DNA of 64,000 bases from Octopus bimaculoides (Eukaryota): assembly GCF_001194135.2 (NCBI RefSeq), contig NC_068981.1:95755916-95819915 (forward strand), written 5' to 3'. The stretch's first letter is position 1. Each line of letters starts with the position of its first letter. The notes beneath the pieces are model-generated. The model was not told the DNA's origin. It worked only from the letters and a program-made list of their open reading frames with translations, and made no database searches. Position numbers and translations under genes: made by a program. Positions 48,520 to 62,104 of this stretch are shown piece by piece.

Positions 48520-51500
48520 TTTACTTATATCTGCAACTCCAAGAATGCTAAAATTTACGCTTTTATGATGTCCATAGTGCTTTTACTTACAGCGATGCTA
48601 ACACCTACTCCTACCCCCAATAGGGACAACAATCTTAACATGCTTGAATGTTTGAATGATGACAGGTTGAAAGTGAGAACAGGTGTAGCATGTTGATCAA
48701 ACAAACATGAAAACCTTCTTTTCAGGCACTGAATAACATCTCCTCTCCCCATGTCTCCTGCCACATTCCTTTCTGTTTTAAGAGTTGGCACTGTCAATGT
48801 AGGCACACTGAAAGGTAAGTCTAGTGAGATTGTAGAGATGCTTGAACAGAGACATGTTGATGTATGCTGCATACAAAAGGTAAGGTGGAGAGGAGCTTCA
48901 GTCATGGTCCTCACACTCAAGGCACATCATCATCATCATCATCATCGTTTAACGTCCGCTTTCCATGCTAGCATGGGTATAGGTATAAAATCTTCTGGGA
49001 AGGTAAGTGATGGAGTAGGGGGTGTAGGCATACTCTTTGCAGAGAAATGGGTGGATAAGGTCAAAGAGGTAGTCAGGGTATGCGATAAAGTGCTTAAGCT
49101 CAGGCTAGTCCTGCAGAATAGTATAGCTACAATTATCTCTGTCTATGTCCCACAAGCAGGCTGACCAAATGATCAGAAGGACCACTTTTATGATACTTTC
49201 TACAGGCCACCTCAAAGACGAGTGGCAATGACCTCATCTTTGCAGCTGGAGATTTTAATGAGCATGTCGGACGGCAATCTGGTATCTTCCATGGTGTTCA
49301 TGGGGGCCATGGAATTGGTTCCTGAAATGAAGAAGGAACTAGGCTACTGAAGCTCTGTGATGCATGCAACCTATTAGTCTGCAACACTAACTTCAGGAAG
49401 CCAGACAGCCACCTGATAACCTATCAATCAAGCGACTCTACTAGCCAGATTGATTTTAGAATGTACTCCCAGTATAGACTAGTTATTAGTGACTTTAGAC
49501 TCGAGGCCAGAAGGATGCCAAGAAGCAGACCAATCCAGAAAAGAAGGATTTGGAAGCTAAAGAACCCTTCACATGGTCAGAGATTTAGGGACATCCTCAC
49601 TGAGAAATTTGATGAGAGGGAGGAGGAGCTACAGACTTCAGACATAGAGGGTAACTGGAAATTCCTATGCAACAGCTGACTGAATGCCACACCAAATCTG
49701 CGGCTGGTGCAAAGTCCCTTCCAGACCTAGAGTAATGTGGTAGTGGAATAATACTGCAGACAAGGCTATAAGAGCAAAGAAACAGGCCTGGAAAGCCTGG
49801 AAGAGTGGTGGTAGCAGGGAAATGTACCAGATAGCCAGAAGGGAGGCTGGGTGAGAGGTATATATAGCCAAGGGAGAAACAGAAAAGAAGTTTGCCAATG
49901 TTCAGCGACATGAGGACCAATGAACTGAAGAATTTCAGATTGCAAGACAGTATGTGAGAGAAAATTGTGACATCACAGGAGAGAAATGTATCCGCATGGA
50001 AGATGGTGCACTTGCTTTTAATGATTCTGAAAAGAAAGAGGCTTGGAGAAGCCATTATGAAAGGCTGCTGAATGTGGAGAATAAATGGGAGGAAAAAGCC
50101 TGCCAAATGTTGGCCCAGTAGAGGGACCAGCTAGCCGAGTAGACAGCACCCTGGTAGATAAAGCAATTAAGGATATGAAGTCAGGAAAAGCCCCTGGCCC
50201 ATCAGGAATCACTGCTGAGATGCTTAAAATATCTGGTGGTGTGGGTCATGGCCTAGTCACCCATATTGTAAACCAGGTAGTTTATGAAGGAGTCATACCC
50301 AATGACTGACGAAGCAGTGCTATAGTCAACTGCTACAAGGGTAAAGGTGATGCTTTAGATAGAAATAACTACGGGGGTATCAAATTTCTGGATCAGGTGA
50401 TGAAGGTCACAGAGAGGGTCATAGCCCAAGCCCAACTATATAAGGAGAGAGTCTACTTAGATGAGATGCAGTTCGGTTTTGTGCCAGGTAGAAGCACCAC
50501 TAATGTTATATTCCTGGTATGGCAACTGCAGAGATAAACCCCTATACTTGGCTCTTGTTGACTTGGAGAAAGCCTTTGACAGGGTCCCCCAATCTCTTAT
50601 CTGGTGGGTGATGTGGAAACTGGGGATTGATGAGTGGTTAATAAGAGCTTACAGGCCTTGTACAGGGATACCATTAGTAAGGTAAGAGTCGGCAATGAGT
50701 ATAGCGAAGAATTCCGGGTTGAAGTAGGAGTTCACCAAGGATCAACCCTCAACCCCCTCTTATTCATCATAGTCCTCCAGGCAATAACAGCAGAATTCAA
50801 GATGGGCTTCCCTTGGGAGCTCTTCTATGCTGATGACCTTGCTCTCATAGTGGAATCACTACCAGAATTAGAGAAGAAATTTCAGAAGTGGAAGCAGAGA
50901 CTAGAATCGAAGGGCCTTAGAGTCAATGTTGCAAAAACCAAAGTCCTAGTAAGTAGGAAGGCGAACACATTACAAACCCCTTCAGGTAGGTGGCCCTGTT
51001 CGATCTGTAGAAAAGGTGTAGGTAGAAATTCGATAAAATGTACCCAGTGTAAGCTATGGACGCATAAGAGGTGCAGCAACATCAAAGGAAGCTTAACCGA
51101 GAAGATAGCTTTTGTGTGCAGCAGATGTACAGGGGCAATAAACACCACAGATGCTCAGAAAACTGATTCCATCACATGCCAGGGGGAAAAACTAGAAGTA
51201 CTTGATAGCTTCTACTACCTAAGTGACCAAGTCTGTAGTGGGGGTGGATGTTCAGAGAGTGTTACCACTAGAATAAGAATAACCTGGGCAAAGTTCAGAA
51301 AGCTCCTACCCCTGCTGGTGACAAAGGGCCTCTCGCTCAGAGTGAAAGGTAGATTGTATGATGCATGTGTGTGAACTGCCATGCTACACAGCAGTGAAAC
51401 ATGGGCCATGACTGCTGAAGACATGCGTAGGCTCGAAAGAAATGAAGCTAGCATGATTCACTGGATGTGTAATGTCAGTGTGCACACATGACAGCATGTA

Positions 51501-52452
51501 AGTGCCCTGAAAGAAATGTTGGACATAAGAAGCATCAGATGTAGTGTGCAAGAGAGATGACTGCACTGGTATGGTCATGTGCTACATATAGATGAGAGCT
51601 GTGTGAAGAAGTGTTACTCCTTAACAGTGGAAGGAGCTTGTGGAAGAAGGAGATCCTGGAAGACATGGGATGAGGTGGTGAAGCATGACCTTCGAACGTT
51701 GAGCCTCACATAGGCAATGACAAAAGACCGAGACCTCTGGAGATATGCTGTGATTGAAAAGACTAGACAAGGAAAGTGAGATCACAGCCATAGCCTACAA
51801 CAGTGTCACATAACCAGCCCATTTAAAAAGTACTTTTGAATTGTCGGGCGACATTTCATGCTTGAGGAGACCTATTGAGTCAAGTAAATCAAAATCAAAT
51901 CAAGTAAATCAAGTCAAGTAAATCACAATCAAATGGAAATTGTAGTTGTAGCCATTACCAGTGCTAGTGACACACAATAAGCACCATTCATTCATGCATG
52001 GATCACTGCCAGAACTGCCTGACTTCCTCCCCATGCCAGTGGTACGTAAAAAGCACCATCCAAATGTGGTCAATGCCAGCCCCAACTGGCTCCTGTGCCA
52101 GTGGCACGTAAAAAGCACCAGCTGAACATCACCAATGCCAGAGCTACCCTACTGGATCCCCGTGCTAGTGGCATGTAAAAAGCAACATCCGAACATGTTC
52201 GATGCCAGTCACCCCTGCCCCAATTGGCTCATGCGCTGGTGGCATGTAAAAAGCACCATCCAAACATGGCCGATGCCAGTGTCACCTGACTGGCTCCCAT
52301 GCCGGTGGAACGGGAAAAGTACCCACTACAGTCTTGGAGTGGTTGACATTAGGAAGAGTTTCCAGCTGTAGAAACATTGCCAGATCGGATTGGAGCCTGC
52401 TGTGACCTCTTGGCTTTCCAGTCTCCAGTCAAAAAGATGATGATGATGATAA
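48520..52452 (+). mobile_element. Near-full-length RTE-clade LINE (APE endonuclease, RT YADD, Cys-rich domain, repetitive 3'UTR, (GAT)n tail), decayed; 5' limit uncertain
   Basis: LRVGTVNVGTL (~48780), YADD 50826-50837, WPCSICRKG..CTQCKLWTHKRCS; stops and frameshifts. Confidence 0.92.
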
Positions 52453-52656
52453 CTTTGTTTCCTTTTTCCAATTAAAGGGAAAACTTCAATTCATTAAGAA
52501 CTTTTACATGTTTTTAGGTATATCACCTACTACCTCTATTGACTAATAATGTGGCAATAATTTTGATAGTGCTGTAGATGCATAATATAAGTTCTATATT
52601 TCTCCCTTAATTTCTTTGTTTTAGAGTCAGTAAAATTTTTAAACTTCTATTTTTAG

Positions 52657-52815
52657 GAACATATACGACAACTTATTAACGTGGATTATAAAAAATATCA
52701 TGACTATGTAATGAGAGATCCAATTCTATTTGGTGACTATGCTAATGCAATGGATGGTATAGGATTCTATGAGGATATTCAAGATCTGGAAGCCTGCAAA
52801 GATTTGTTTCAAGAG
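52657..52815 (+). CDS. DNAH10: Dynein heavy chain exon 20 (EHIRQLI...MRDPILFGDY...YEDIQDLEACKDLFQE)
   Basis: AG/GT, 53 codons; absent from ORF track. Confidence 0.92.
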
Positions 52816-54077
52816 GTAAAATCTAATTTCTATTCTCAGAAAATATTCTGAGGGATGAAAGTGGTGACTACATAATCTATTCCTCAGTTAACATTTATGA
52901 ACAGATAAAATAAATTATAATTTGGTGTTATCAATAAGAAAGATCCAGAAGTATAAAAAATATTGTGCTATTTTCTTCCTTTGCTGCATTTCTGTGATGT
53001 GTTAATACAGTAGTAAAGAATGATGGAACTATTAACTTTTATTGAGTTTTCAATTATGCTTTTTTTTTAATTAGTACCTTCTCCATTTATTGTAATAATA
53101 TATAGTAAAAAGTGGTATAGATGGAAAAGGAAATTTATAGAAAAAAATTAAAACACATTACAGTTGGACATGCACAAGTAGGATCTTTTCATCAGTTGTC
53201 AATTACTAATCATAACAGTTTCAGCACCTAAGACAATATTGTTTAGTCTGTCAGTGCCCACTGCTCATTAAAGTTGCAAAGATAGAGAAGTGCATGCAAA
53301 CATTGATTAAAAGGAAGTTAATATTTCATATCAAATTTTTCACAGAAAGTACAAAACATAAACAGGGAGATAACAATGAATGGTCTTTTGACCTGGACAA
53401 TGAATGATATCATGTGAGAAATCTAGCTACTGTAAAAATAACAGGAGAAAAAGACTTAGAACAGAAAGAGAAAGCAGACAGATATGCTTTATGGGATGGA
53501 AGAGAGGCAGGGGATAGAAGCAGGTGAGTAAAAGTAGAGTGATTGTGAGAAAAAAGGTGGGTGAAAGAAATTGGGGAACTGGGAAAAGGTGGTGATAGGA
53601 CTGCATAGATTCATAAAATAGTGTTAATAGAAATAGAAAGCAGAAGGTTACAAGTTCAATATAGATTCCAGGTTAGTTCAGATTGTCCTAGAGTCTATAA
53701 TAATTAAATTGTGGTGTAAATGTGAGCTCAAAGATGAAGTTAATTTGTTCAATCATCAATAATAAAAAAATTATTTTGTTTGAACTATTCTCTAAAACAC
53801 TTTAAAGTTTTTTTTTTTTAAAGTAAACTTTTGTTTGAATGGTTTTGCAAATTCAGACATTGAGCTGAGTTGTGAGAATTACCAGGATATACTTTATAAA
53901 GCTAATCTCTTAGATTTGAACAGAGGTTACCACCTACTTTCCAGACAGGAAACAAGAAGTTTATTGTCATGCCTTAGAGCCAGTTGATGTTTGAAACAAA
54001 AACCTATGTCTGGTGGCTTATCACAATTAAACATATAGTTGTTATATTATTTCAAGTTCTTTCTTTTCAATTTTCAG

Positions 54078-54399
54078 TTATTGGAAGAATACAATGAGAG
54101 ACTTATCCCAATGAACTTAGTTCTATTTAATGATGCTTTAGAACATTTGACTCGAATCCACCGCATACTTCGCATGGATCAAGGCCACGGTCTGTTGGTT
54201 GGTGTTGGAGGCAGTGGTAAGCAGAGTCTGTGTCGCCTTGCTAGTTTTGCTGCTGAGTGCCAAATCTTTAAGATAACACTCTCTCGTGGATACAATGAGA
54301 CTAGCTTCCGAGAAGATTTGAAACTCTTGTACAACAAATTAGGTATGGAAAATCAGAAGATGGTATTCCTTTTTGCTGATCAAGATGTTGCTGAAGAAG
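54078..54399 (+). CDS. DNAH10: Dynein heavy chain exon 21, AAA4 (MNLVLFNDALEHLTRI...GVGGSGKQSL)
   Basis: AG/GTAAGT, phase 1 end. Confidence 0.96.
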
Positions 54400-56396
54400 G
54401 TAAGTATCAGATACAGATATTATTGAATGTGAGAGGCAGTCATGGACTTAACTTTCTTGTTTCCAATTTTATTAAATTTAGAAGCATTTCTCAGTCTTTC
54501 TTCGCCTCAAAAATATTTCAAATATATTTCTGGAACATAGAACATTAGCAAACTATTAATATTAATATTTCTTCTCAATAAGATTAATTATTTTTTTTTA
54601 TGTTCCTTAAAGTTGTTGGTGTTATTTCTGTTGGGTAGCTGTAATCAATTTCTGTTTGCATTAAGGAAACCAATAACCTGATTTAGAAGCAATTCATAGG
54701 TTCATCGCTTAGAGTATGATGATGTATAAGAGTTTGGCATTTTGGTATTGGATATGTTTTGCTGTATGATCACTGTTTTGACTTTGACGATCTGGTATTT
54801 ATTGTTGGCATTCAGTCCTATAATTTAAGTCTAAAAATATGCAGTATTTATTGTCATTGCTATCATTATATTCAGTGTCATTAAAGATGAGCAATGTCTT
54901 GAGTTTGAAGCAGTAGTTCTCAAACTGAAAAATACCAGCCAACCTTAAAAGATGATAGTGAAATTCTTTTGATATCTTCTGCTTCTTAAGATAAAATTGA
55001 GTTTGCATCCATATAATTCTTTTTTCTTCACCATGGTATTTAACAAGTTTAAAAATTTTGAAACCATCATAAGATATTTATTCACTCCTTTTTTGTAGGG
55101 TGCTGACCCATTATGGGCTAAGGTATAGAACTGCAGATCATAAAGTCATAAGTTTAGATCTTACTACTGTCAATATGTTTGCTCCCCCAAAATGCACCCA
55201 ATTCTGCTCCAGTTGGTCTGTGCAAGACTGAATGGTGAGCTGTAAGAAATAGCATTTAACTGTAAAACAATTGCTCCAACAAATAAACCATTTCATCCAT
55301 ACAAGCATGAATGTAAAATATAATGTAAGACAAAATATAAAACAAAAAAAAAATGGTTTTCTCTGCTTGTATATACGGGATGATAGTAGTGTATCAATTT
55401 CTTCTTTTAGATTAGTGCAGTAAATAAAGTAAATTACTTAACTTTTACTTTTCAGAGATATCCATTATCACTGAGTAGATGTTTAACTTTATTGATCATG
55501 TCCATATCCATGTGAAGATTCTAGTTCAGTACCACTACTAAAGAAATATTCATCAGTTAACCCTTAAATGGTAGAATCATAAGTTGATGTATTATTAGAG
55601 AACAACAGATATTATCAATTGATGTTTCAAAAATTTTACATGTATATGACCATTATCAAAAGAAAGTGTATATATCATGGTATTTTTGATAAGGAGATTG
55701 TAAATTTTATTGTGCAAAAGACTAACAATTATTATAGATTTTGTACTCATTTAAAGCGAAAATAAGTTTAAAATTTACCTTTAAAAGATTTGTTTTTGCT
55801 TTTTCCCTGTTTGGCATACACATTCATGCAACCCTTTCCAATCATTTCAGGGTTGAAAGGCAATTAATTATGACATGTAATTTATGACATTTTCTGCTAG
55901 CTTAATTAGAATATTGTTAGTTAGGTATTACTTGGGTCACAATACTTCACTAAAGTTTAAAAAAATAAAATCTATAAAATTGTAATACCAATGTAACTTT
56001 TGTAAGCTGATTCTTAACTCCGTTTTTACATTTTTTTGGCAAGTAGCTGAGCAGAACAAATCTAATCTACCTCAGGCTATATTTCCAGTGATCTGCTAAG
56101 TAAATTGAGGCACATAAAATTAATTGTACTGTCCAAATATTCAAAGAAATACCTATAATAGATTTAAACTCGAAATGTTTAACCTAATAGTCATATTGTC
56201 ATATCAAGTCAGCGATTTCATGTCTATATGCGACACTGATGGTGATTTATGAAGTGCTGAAACTTTTGTTTATTAATTTGGATGTGTGAAACCTTCTTAA
56301 CTGATTCTCTTGGGCTATTTATTTATTGAAATCATGAAATAATTGCATATTCCAATACAATTATAATGACTGGTAAGTGCTTGTCTCTTTCTACAG

Positions 56397-56485
56397 CATT
56401 CTTGGAATTGGTAAACAATATGTTAACAACTGGCATGGTACCGGCTTTGTATACAGATGAAGAGAAAGATGCAATTATATCACAG
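56397..56485 (+). CDS. DNAH10: Dynein heavy chain exon 22 (FLELVNNMLTTGMVPALYTDEEKDAIISQ)
   Basis: AG/GT, phase fits; absent from ORF track. Confidence 0.93.
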
Positions 56486-56854
56486 GTATGAATAAAAAAC
56501 AAGGCAGACATTTTTTTTTAAATCAAGTAATTCTTGAATAAAAATTTTCTTTGATATGTTACCATAATTGTTGTTTATATAATATAAGGAGAGAACAAAT
56601 AAGATACTATATTTTTGTACTGATGGAGTTCACTAAAATATTCTACTGTAAATTTTGTGCTGTGTTTCCAATGTCTCTAAGTTTGAGTAAGTCTACTAGA
56701 CCACAACTTTTATCTTAATTCAAGTTTGATTTTTGTCTTAATTATTTCCCTCTTCATTGTTATTGTTTTTTCTCAGCACTCTTTTACACAGGATATGCCT
56801 CTGTCTTTCTTGTCGTCCTTGCATACAGGCATGTCCCTTGTATTCCTCTTCAGC

Positions 56855-57088
56855 TAAGCATTCCTAATCTTGTGAGCCTGTAAGTGCCAGTGCCATGTAA
56901 AAAGCACCCATGTCAGTACCACATAAAAGCATCCAGTACACTCTGTAAAGTGGTTGGCATTAGGGAGCGCATCCAACTGAAGAAACCATGCCAAAAACAG
57001 TCATGGAACCCAGCCAGCACTTCAGCCGACCAGGTCTTGCCTACCCATGCCAGCATGGGAAATGGACTTTAAATGATGATGATGATGT
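56855..57088 (+). mobile_element. RTE 3' tail fragment
   Basis: Matches 52300-52450. Confidence 0.75.
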
Positions 57089-57746
57089 TTGTTGTTGTTT
57101 GTTATAGAATGCTGGTTGCTACAGTGTGGTGGCATGTACTTTGTGTCTACAATAAGGTTTTTTGATTCCCAATTTGAATGGTTTTAACACCAATTGCTTT
57201 TACTCTCAAGAAAGGCATGAATGTTATAACTTGCAAGATATCGTTTTTTGAAAATCTCACCTTCCATTCTTAGCCCCCCCCCCCAAAGAAACAGTTGTTC
57301 AAAAAGATATGACTTATGCTAGGTTAAAAAAAAATAGATATTCATTGCTGCTAAGATAAACTTGGATAAAAATTAGGTTAGTTCTTAGAATAGTGGACTT
57401 CACAGATGCCATTGCTATGAATCAAAGAGATATTGTGTTATGGACCTGATCAATGGATATTCATTAGCAAAGTAGATGCTAAAAATGGTAACATCAATGG
57501 TGACAATGATGACAATAAGAATGATTATGATGATGCTAATTTTTTTTACTAATTCTATGAACAATTTCACTGTAATGTATGATAAAGACCTAGTTTTTAG
57601 TTGTATTGGCTGAAGCAATCTAACTTGCAGTAGAGCTTGATTTTTATATTTGACTAAACCATTTAATCAGTTATTATTTAATCAGTTATATTTCTATACA
57701 ATCATTTAATCAGTTAATATGTTTCTATACAAGCATTTAATTTCCT

Positions 57747-57777
<31 letters not shown>

Positions 57778-58369
57778 AGGGACAAAATCCAAAATTACAG
57801 GTAAAAAACTCAATTAAAATCAATTTATAAAAAATTAAAATTGAATTGAGCCTTATAGATAAAGTATATATAAAATATATAGTTTTAGGGAAAATAACCA
57901 ATTTTCAAGAATAACCAATTTTCATGGTTATTATTTTGATATTATGATATGTTTTTAATAATTTTTCTATCTTTATATAATAAGTATTTCATATTAATTC
58001 ATTTGGTACTTATTGTTGGTTGACATATATGTCTAATTATTGTTCTACTTACGATNNNNNNNNNNNNNNNNNNNNNNNNNNNNNNNNNNNNNNNNNNNNN
58101 NNNNNNNNNNNNNNNNNNNNNNNNNNNNNNNNNNNNNNNNNNNNNNNNNNNNNNNNNNNNNNNNNNNNNNNNNNNNNNNNNNNNNNNNNNNNNNNNNNNN
58201 NNNNNNNNNNNNNNNNNNNNNNNNNNNNNNNNNNNNNNNNNNNNNNNNNNNNNNNNNNNNNNNNNNNNNNNNNNNNNNNNNNNNNNNNNNNNNNNNNNNN
58301 NNNNNNNNNNNNNNNNNNNNNNNNNNNNNNNNNNNTATATATATATTAATTATTGTTCTGTTGTTTCAG

Positions 58370-58520
58370 GTCCGTGCTGAAGCAGTGGCTTTAGGACTCT
58401 CTCCAGCACGAGAATCTATATGGCAATTTTTTATCAGCAAATGTTCTGATAACCTACACATTGTAATGTCAATGTCCCCAATAGGAGACACTTTGAGAAC
58501 ACGCTGTAGAAATTTTCCTG
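58370..58520 (+). CDS. DNAH10: Dynein heavy chain exon 23 (VRAEAV...NLHIVMSMSPIGDTLRTRCRNFP)
   Basis: AG/GT, phase 1 end. Confidence 0.95.
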
Positions 58521-58834
58521 GTAATTATATGGAGTTTTGAAATATTTAATTGTTTTTAGAACTGATTTGTTATCATGTTTGATGGGCTCAGGGGAGATTT
58601 TAAATAAATGATATGTTTAGGTATTGAAATGTTTTCAAGTATTTGGAATATGGTAGGTAAACTGAATGTTATGTTTCTAAAACTGACTGATAGAAGAGTA
58701 CAATATACTTTAAATATATTTTGCAGGCTGAGGAATTTAGATGCCTTACAATTAGTATATCATGTTTTGAAAGATTTGGGAGATGGTATGGTTAAGAATT
58801 GGCAAGTAATGTATTTTGTGGACGATATATTCAG

Positions 58835-59160
58835 ACTAAACAGGAATGAAGCTAGTATGCTCCATTGAATATGCAATTTTAGTGTACATATATGACCAAG
58901 TGCTAGTATAGTGAGAGAAAAGTTGGGCATAAGAGAAATTAGATGCAGTGTGCAAGAGAGAAGATGGCACTGGTGTGATGCATATGGATGAGGACAGTTG
59001 CATAAAGAAGTGCCAGTCACTTAAAGTGGATGGAACTTGTGGAAGAGGGAGACCCAGGAAGACATGAGACAAAGTATTGAAGGTTGATCTCAAGATGGAG
59101 GTGATAACAAAGGACTGAAATATCTGGCACCTTGCTGTGTTTGAGAAGACCTGTCCAGGA
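58835..59160 (+). mobile_element. Old RTE C-terminal ORF fragment
   Basis: Similar to 51435-51760. Confidence 0.7.
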
Positions 59161-59819
59161 CAACAGAATTGATATCCTAAAACCACCTTAGTAAATGTGC
59201 AGAGCTCTGCCCCACCTCCATTCTCATCACTCATTAAGGTTTTCCCCCTCACATCTCATACCCTAACAGGATTAAGAGTAAAAAAAGGTGATTGAAAAAA
59301 ATGGAGAGAAAAAATGTGTAGGGATTAATGGTTCAACATGATGAAATTGCCAGAAGAAAGAGGTTGAATGAAAGGGAGATAATGACAATGACCCAGACAA
59401 ACAAATTTGCTCTTGCGCATACATGTGTACATGAGAATAGTGAGTGTGAGTGTGTATGTATCAATGGGGGTGAATGTGTGAGTATGTATGTGTGGGCAAG
59501 CTGAAAAATATGTGGATCTGTGTGTGTGTATGTGTGTAAGTGACCCACTGCGTATATTATGTGGAGTGATGTGCATTACATGTACTGGTATGTATATCTG
59601 GGTGCGTATTGATGTGTGTATGTATGTGTGCAAATGCATTGGCCTGGGTGTGCGTGTATGTGTACAAGTAACCAAGTGTATGTATGTATACTTATTTAAA
59701 ATAAAAAGATATTATGAAGGGAAAATTAGTGATCAATTCTATGTTGTACTTGAATGTATAAATCTCCTTGTTAATTTGTGTATTAATAATCTTTTATCAT
59801 TGTTATTGTTTTTATAAAG

Positions 59820-59908
59820 GTATTGTGAACAATGCCAACATTGATTGGTATTTTCCTTGGCCCCGTGAAGCATTGTCATCTGTAGCTAGTGTGTTCATAG
59901 CTGCTGAT
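59820..59908 (+). CDS. DNAH10: Dynein heavy chain exon 24 (IVNNANIDWYFPWPREALSSVASVFIAAD)
   Basis: AG/GTGAGT; IDW..PWP..AL motif; absent from ORF track. Confidence 0.92.
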
Positions 59909-59940
59909 GTGAGTATCTTCTAAATTGGTGTTATCTACCA

Positions 59941-60215
59941 CCACCTCATCATCATCATCATCATCTTCTTCTTCTTCTTTATCATCATCATCATCTTCAG
60001 CATCATCATCATCATTACTCTGATCATGATTGTCGTCATTCTCATAATCAGCATCAACAATCGACATCATCATCGTCATCATCATCATTTTGTTCATTGT
60101 TGGGAAGATTTTATGCTATAATGGTTATTACTCCAGACTCTCAATCCAGTAATCTGATTTCAAATCATGGTGGAACATTATAGAAGTGGTAGTAGTGGTG
60201 GTGGTGGTGGTGGTG

Positions 60216-60260
<45 letters not shown>
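59941..60260. repeat. (CAT)n and (GTG)n(GTA)n microsatellites just after exon 24
   Basis: Read directly. Confidence 0.9.
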
Positions 60261-60427
60261 TTTATTATAAATTTCATAACAGACAACACACCATTATGAT
60301 AAACAAAATTACATATTAGTACTTTATATACAATAGCAATAGTATTGTTTTATTTTCTAAGTAGGTAACCTAATTAGGCTTGGATAATGCTTAGATTGTG
60401 TTGTCTGGTTTTGGGAGGTTCTGTGGC

Positions 60428-60430
<3 letters not shown>

Positions 60431-60463
<33 letters not shown>

Positions 60464-60700
60464 GTCTCCTTACCTTGACATCATATGATTGTTGTTAATA
60501 ATTGTCACCATCATACAAGTGGTGTCCTTTGTTGCCAATATTCAATGTCAAGGTATGGAAAAATATTACCTTGCCTGGAAACAGGTGAGGGTTGGTGACA
60601 TGAAGGGCATCCAGCTGTAGAAAATCTGTCTGAAAAATCTGTTTGAACCATGTAAGTATGGGAAAGTGGATGTTAAACAACAACGACGATGACGAGGAGG
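60431..60700 (+). mobile_element. (TG)n plus SINE family D 3' part
   Basis: Matches 5130-5345. Confidence 0.65.
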
Positions 60701-61110
60701 AGGAGGAGGATTACTCAGTCGTATGATATAAATAAGCCAAAAGTAAATAAGTAAATACATAAATATAAATAAATAAAATAAAATATAACAAAAAAAAATG
60801 CACTGCACATATTCTGTGCAGGAACATTTTTATATGAATAATGCAACAGACATTCAAGGCAAGTTGCTTGCTACACACGCTAAAACAACACTGAAAATGA
60901 TTTTTATAAAAATTATGAAAACAGATATTATATATTAGTAGTGATTGATATACTAACAATAAAACAGTGCTGAGCAATGGAGAATCCTACTTCAATATAG
61001 TCAGTTGATGTTAGAATTTGTTGCAAAATATTCCTCAAATACTGTTTGTTTTTGATGATGATGATGATAATAATGGTGATGGTGATGGTGATGGTGATGA
61101 TGATGATGAT

Positions 61111-61255
61111 GATCGGAGCACTGGGCTCAATCTCATTGAAACTTCGAAACTTCTTCAGGCAACTGGAAATCCCATGCAAGATTGATGTCTTGCAAAAAGC
61201 AGCCTTATTGGGCACAGCACACATCTTAAGGAAAGTATTATCCGTCTGAGGTCCT
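61111..61255 (+). mobile_element. RLE retrotransposon 3' stub A
   Basis: IGALGSI...LQKAALLGTAHILRKVLSV*. Confidence 0.75.
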
Positions 61256-61316
61256 AAGCATTTCGCCCAACATGCTAATGATTGTCAGCTCACCGGCACA
61301 ATAATAATGATAATAA

Positions 61317-61502
61317 TCCTAAAGATCTGAACAGATGGATAGAGGAAATAGGCAGAAAACCCAGTTTAGTATAGCTCCAGAAAATAGTGTTATTAGGGAC
61401 AACTAGGGTACTGAGAAGGGTTCTTGACACATAATGTTACATGTAGCCTGATGTTAGGAAATTTTCTTATCCAACAGTCTAACCTGTTGAGCATATATGA
61501 AA

Positions 61503-61503
<1 letters not shown>
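61317..61503 (+). mobile_element. RLE retrotransposon 3' stub B
   Basis: PKDLNRWIEEIG...LQKIVLLGTTRVLRRVLDT*. Confidence 0.65.
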
Positions 61504-61577
<74 letters not shown>

Positions 61578-61585
61578 TAATAATA

Positions 61586-62055
61586 AGAAGAAGCATACTC
61601 TGGGATATGCCAATACACATAGAGAAATTAAGGCTAATAGGCCAGATATAATAGTTGTCAGAGATCATCAAGAAAATAAATGCTTTCTAATTAATGTCTC
61701 AATACCGACAGATAATGTTTTTCTAAAAGAAATAAAGAAACTTTCAAAATACAAAGATCTGGAAATAGAGGTAACTTGTATGTGGAGCCTAAAAACAGAC
61801 ACAATTGCTATCATAGTAAGTGCATTAGGTATAATAAAAAAATATTCAGACAAATAGATAACAAAAACACCAGGACTTACGAATATATATAACATACAGA
61901 AAATGGTACTATTAGGCACTGCACACATCCAACATAAAACACTTTCAATACAGTAAAAATAAGAGCATCACAACAAACTACAGCACATACCCAAGGCACA
62001 CAGTGCTGCACTTGGTAGTGCAGTGAAAGCACATGATAAAAATAAGACTACTGAA
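61586..62055 (+). mobile_element. Dong/R4-like RLE retrotransposon 3' fragment C
   Basis: ILWDMPI...ANRPDIVV.D...KLSKYKDLEIE; (TAA)n on both sides. Confidence 0.85.
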
Positions 62056-62057
62056 TG

Positions 62058-62103
<46 letters not shown>

Positions 62104-62104
<1 letters not shown>

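Noticed and set aside
51950-52330. CRISPR-like array of ~50-100-bp recurring TGCCAGTG...AAAAAGCACC units
   Set aside because: Degenerate tandem repeats of the RTE 3'UTR, also seen at 6945, 34110 and 56880; no unique spacers or cas genes, and the context is eukaryotic.
56795-56860. Minus-strand CTGAAGAGG...GGACATGCC followed by an AATAA-rich tail (possible fourth hammerhead relic)
   Set aside because: GAAA and U16.1 are both absent and stem I does not pair; too decayed to support without a family consensus.
58030-58360. TAATTATTGTTCT on both sides of the gap before exon 23
   Set aside because: Probably an assembly overlap or low-complexity coincidence at a gap, not biology.
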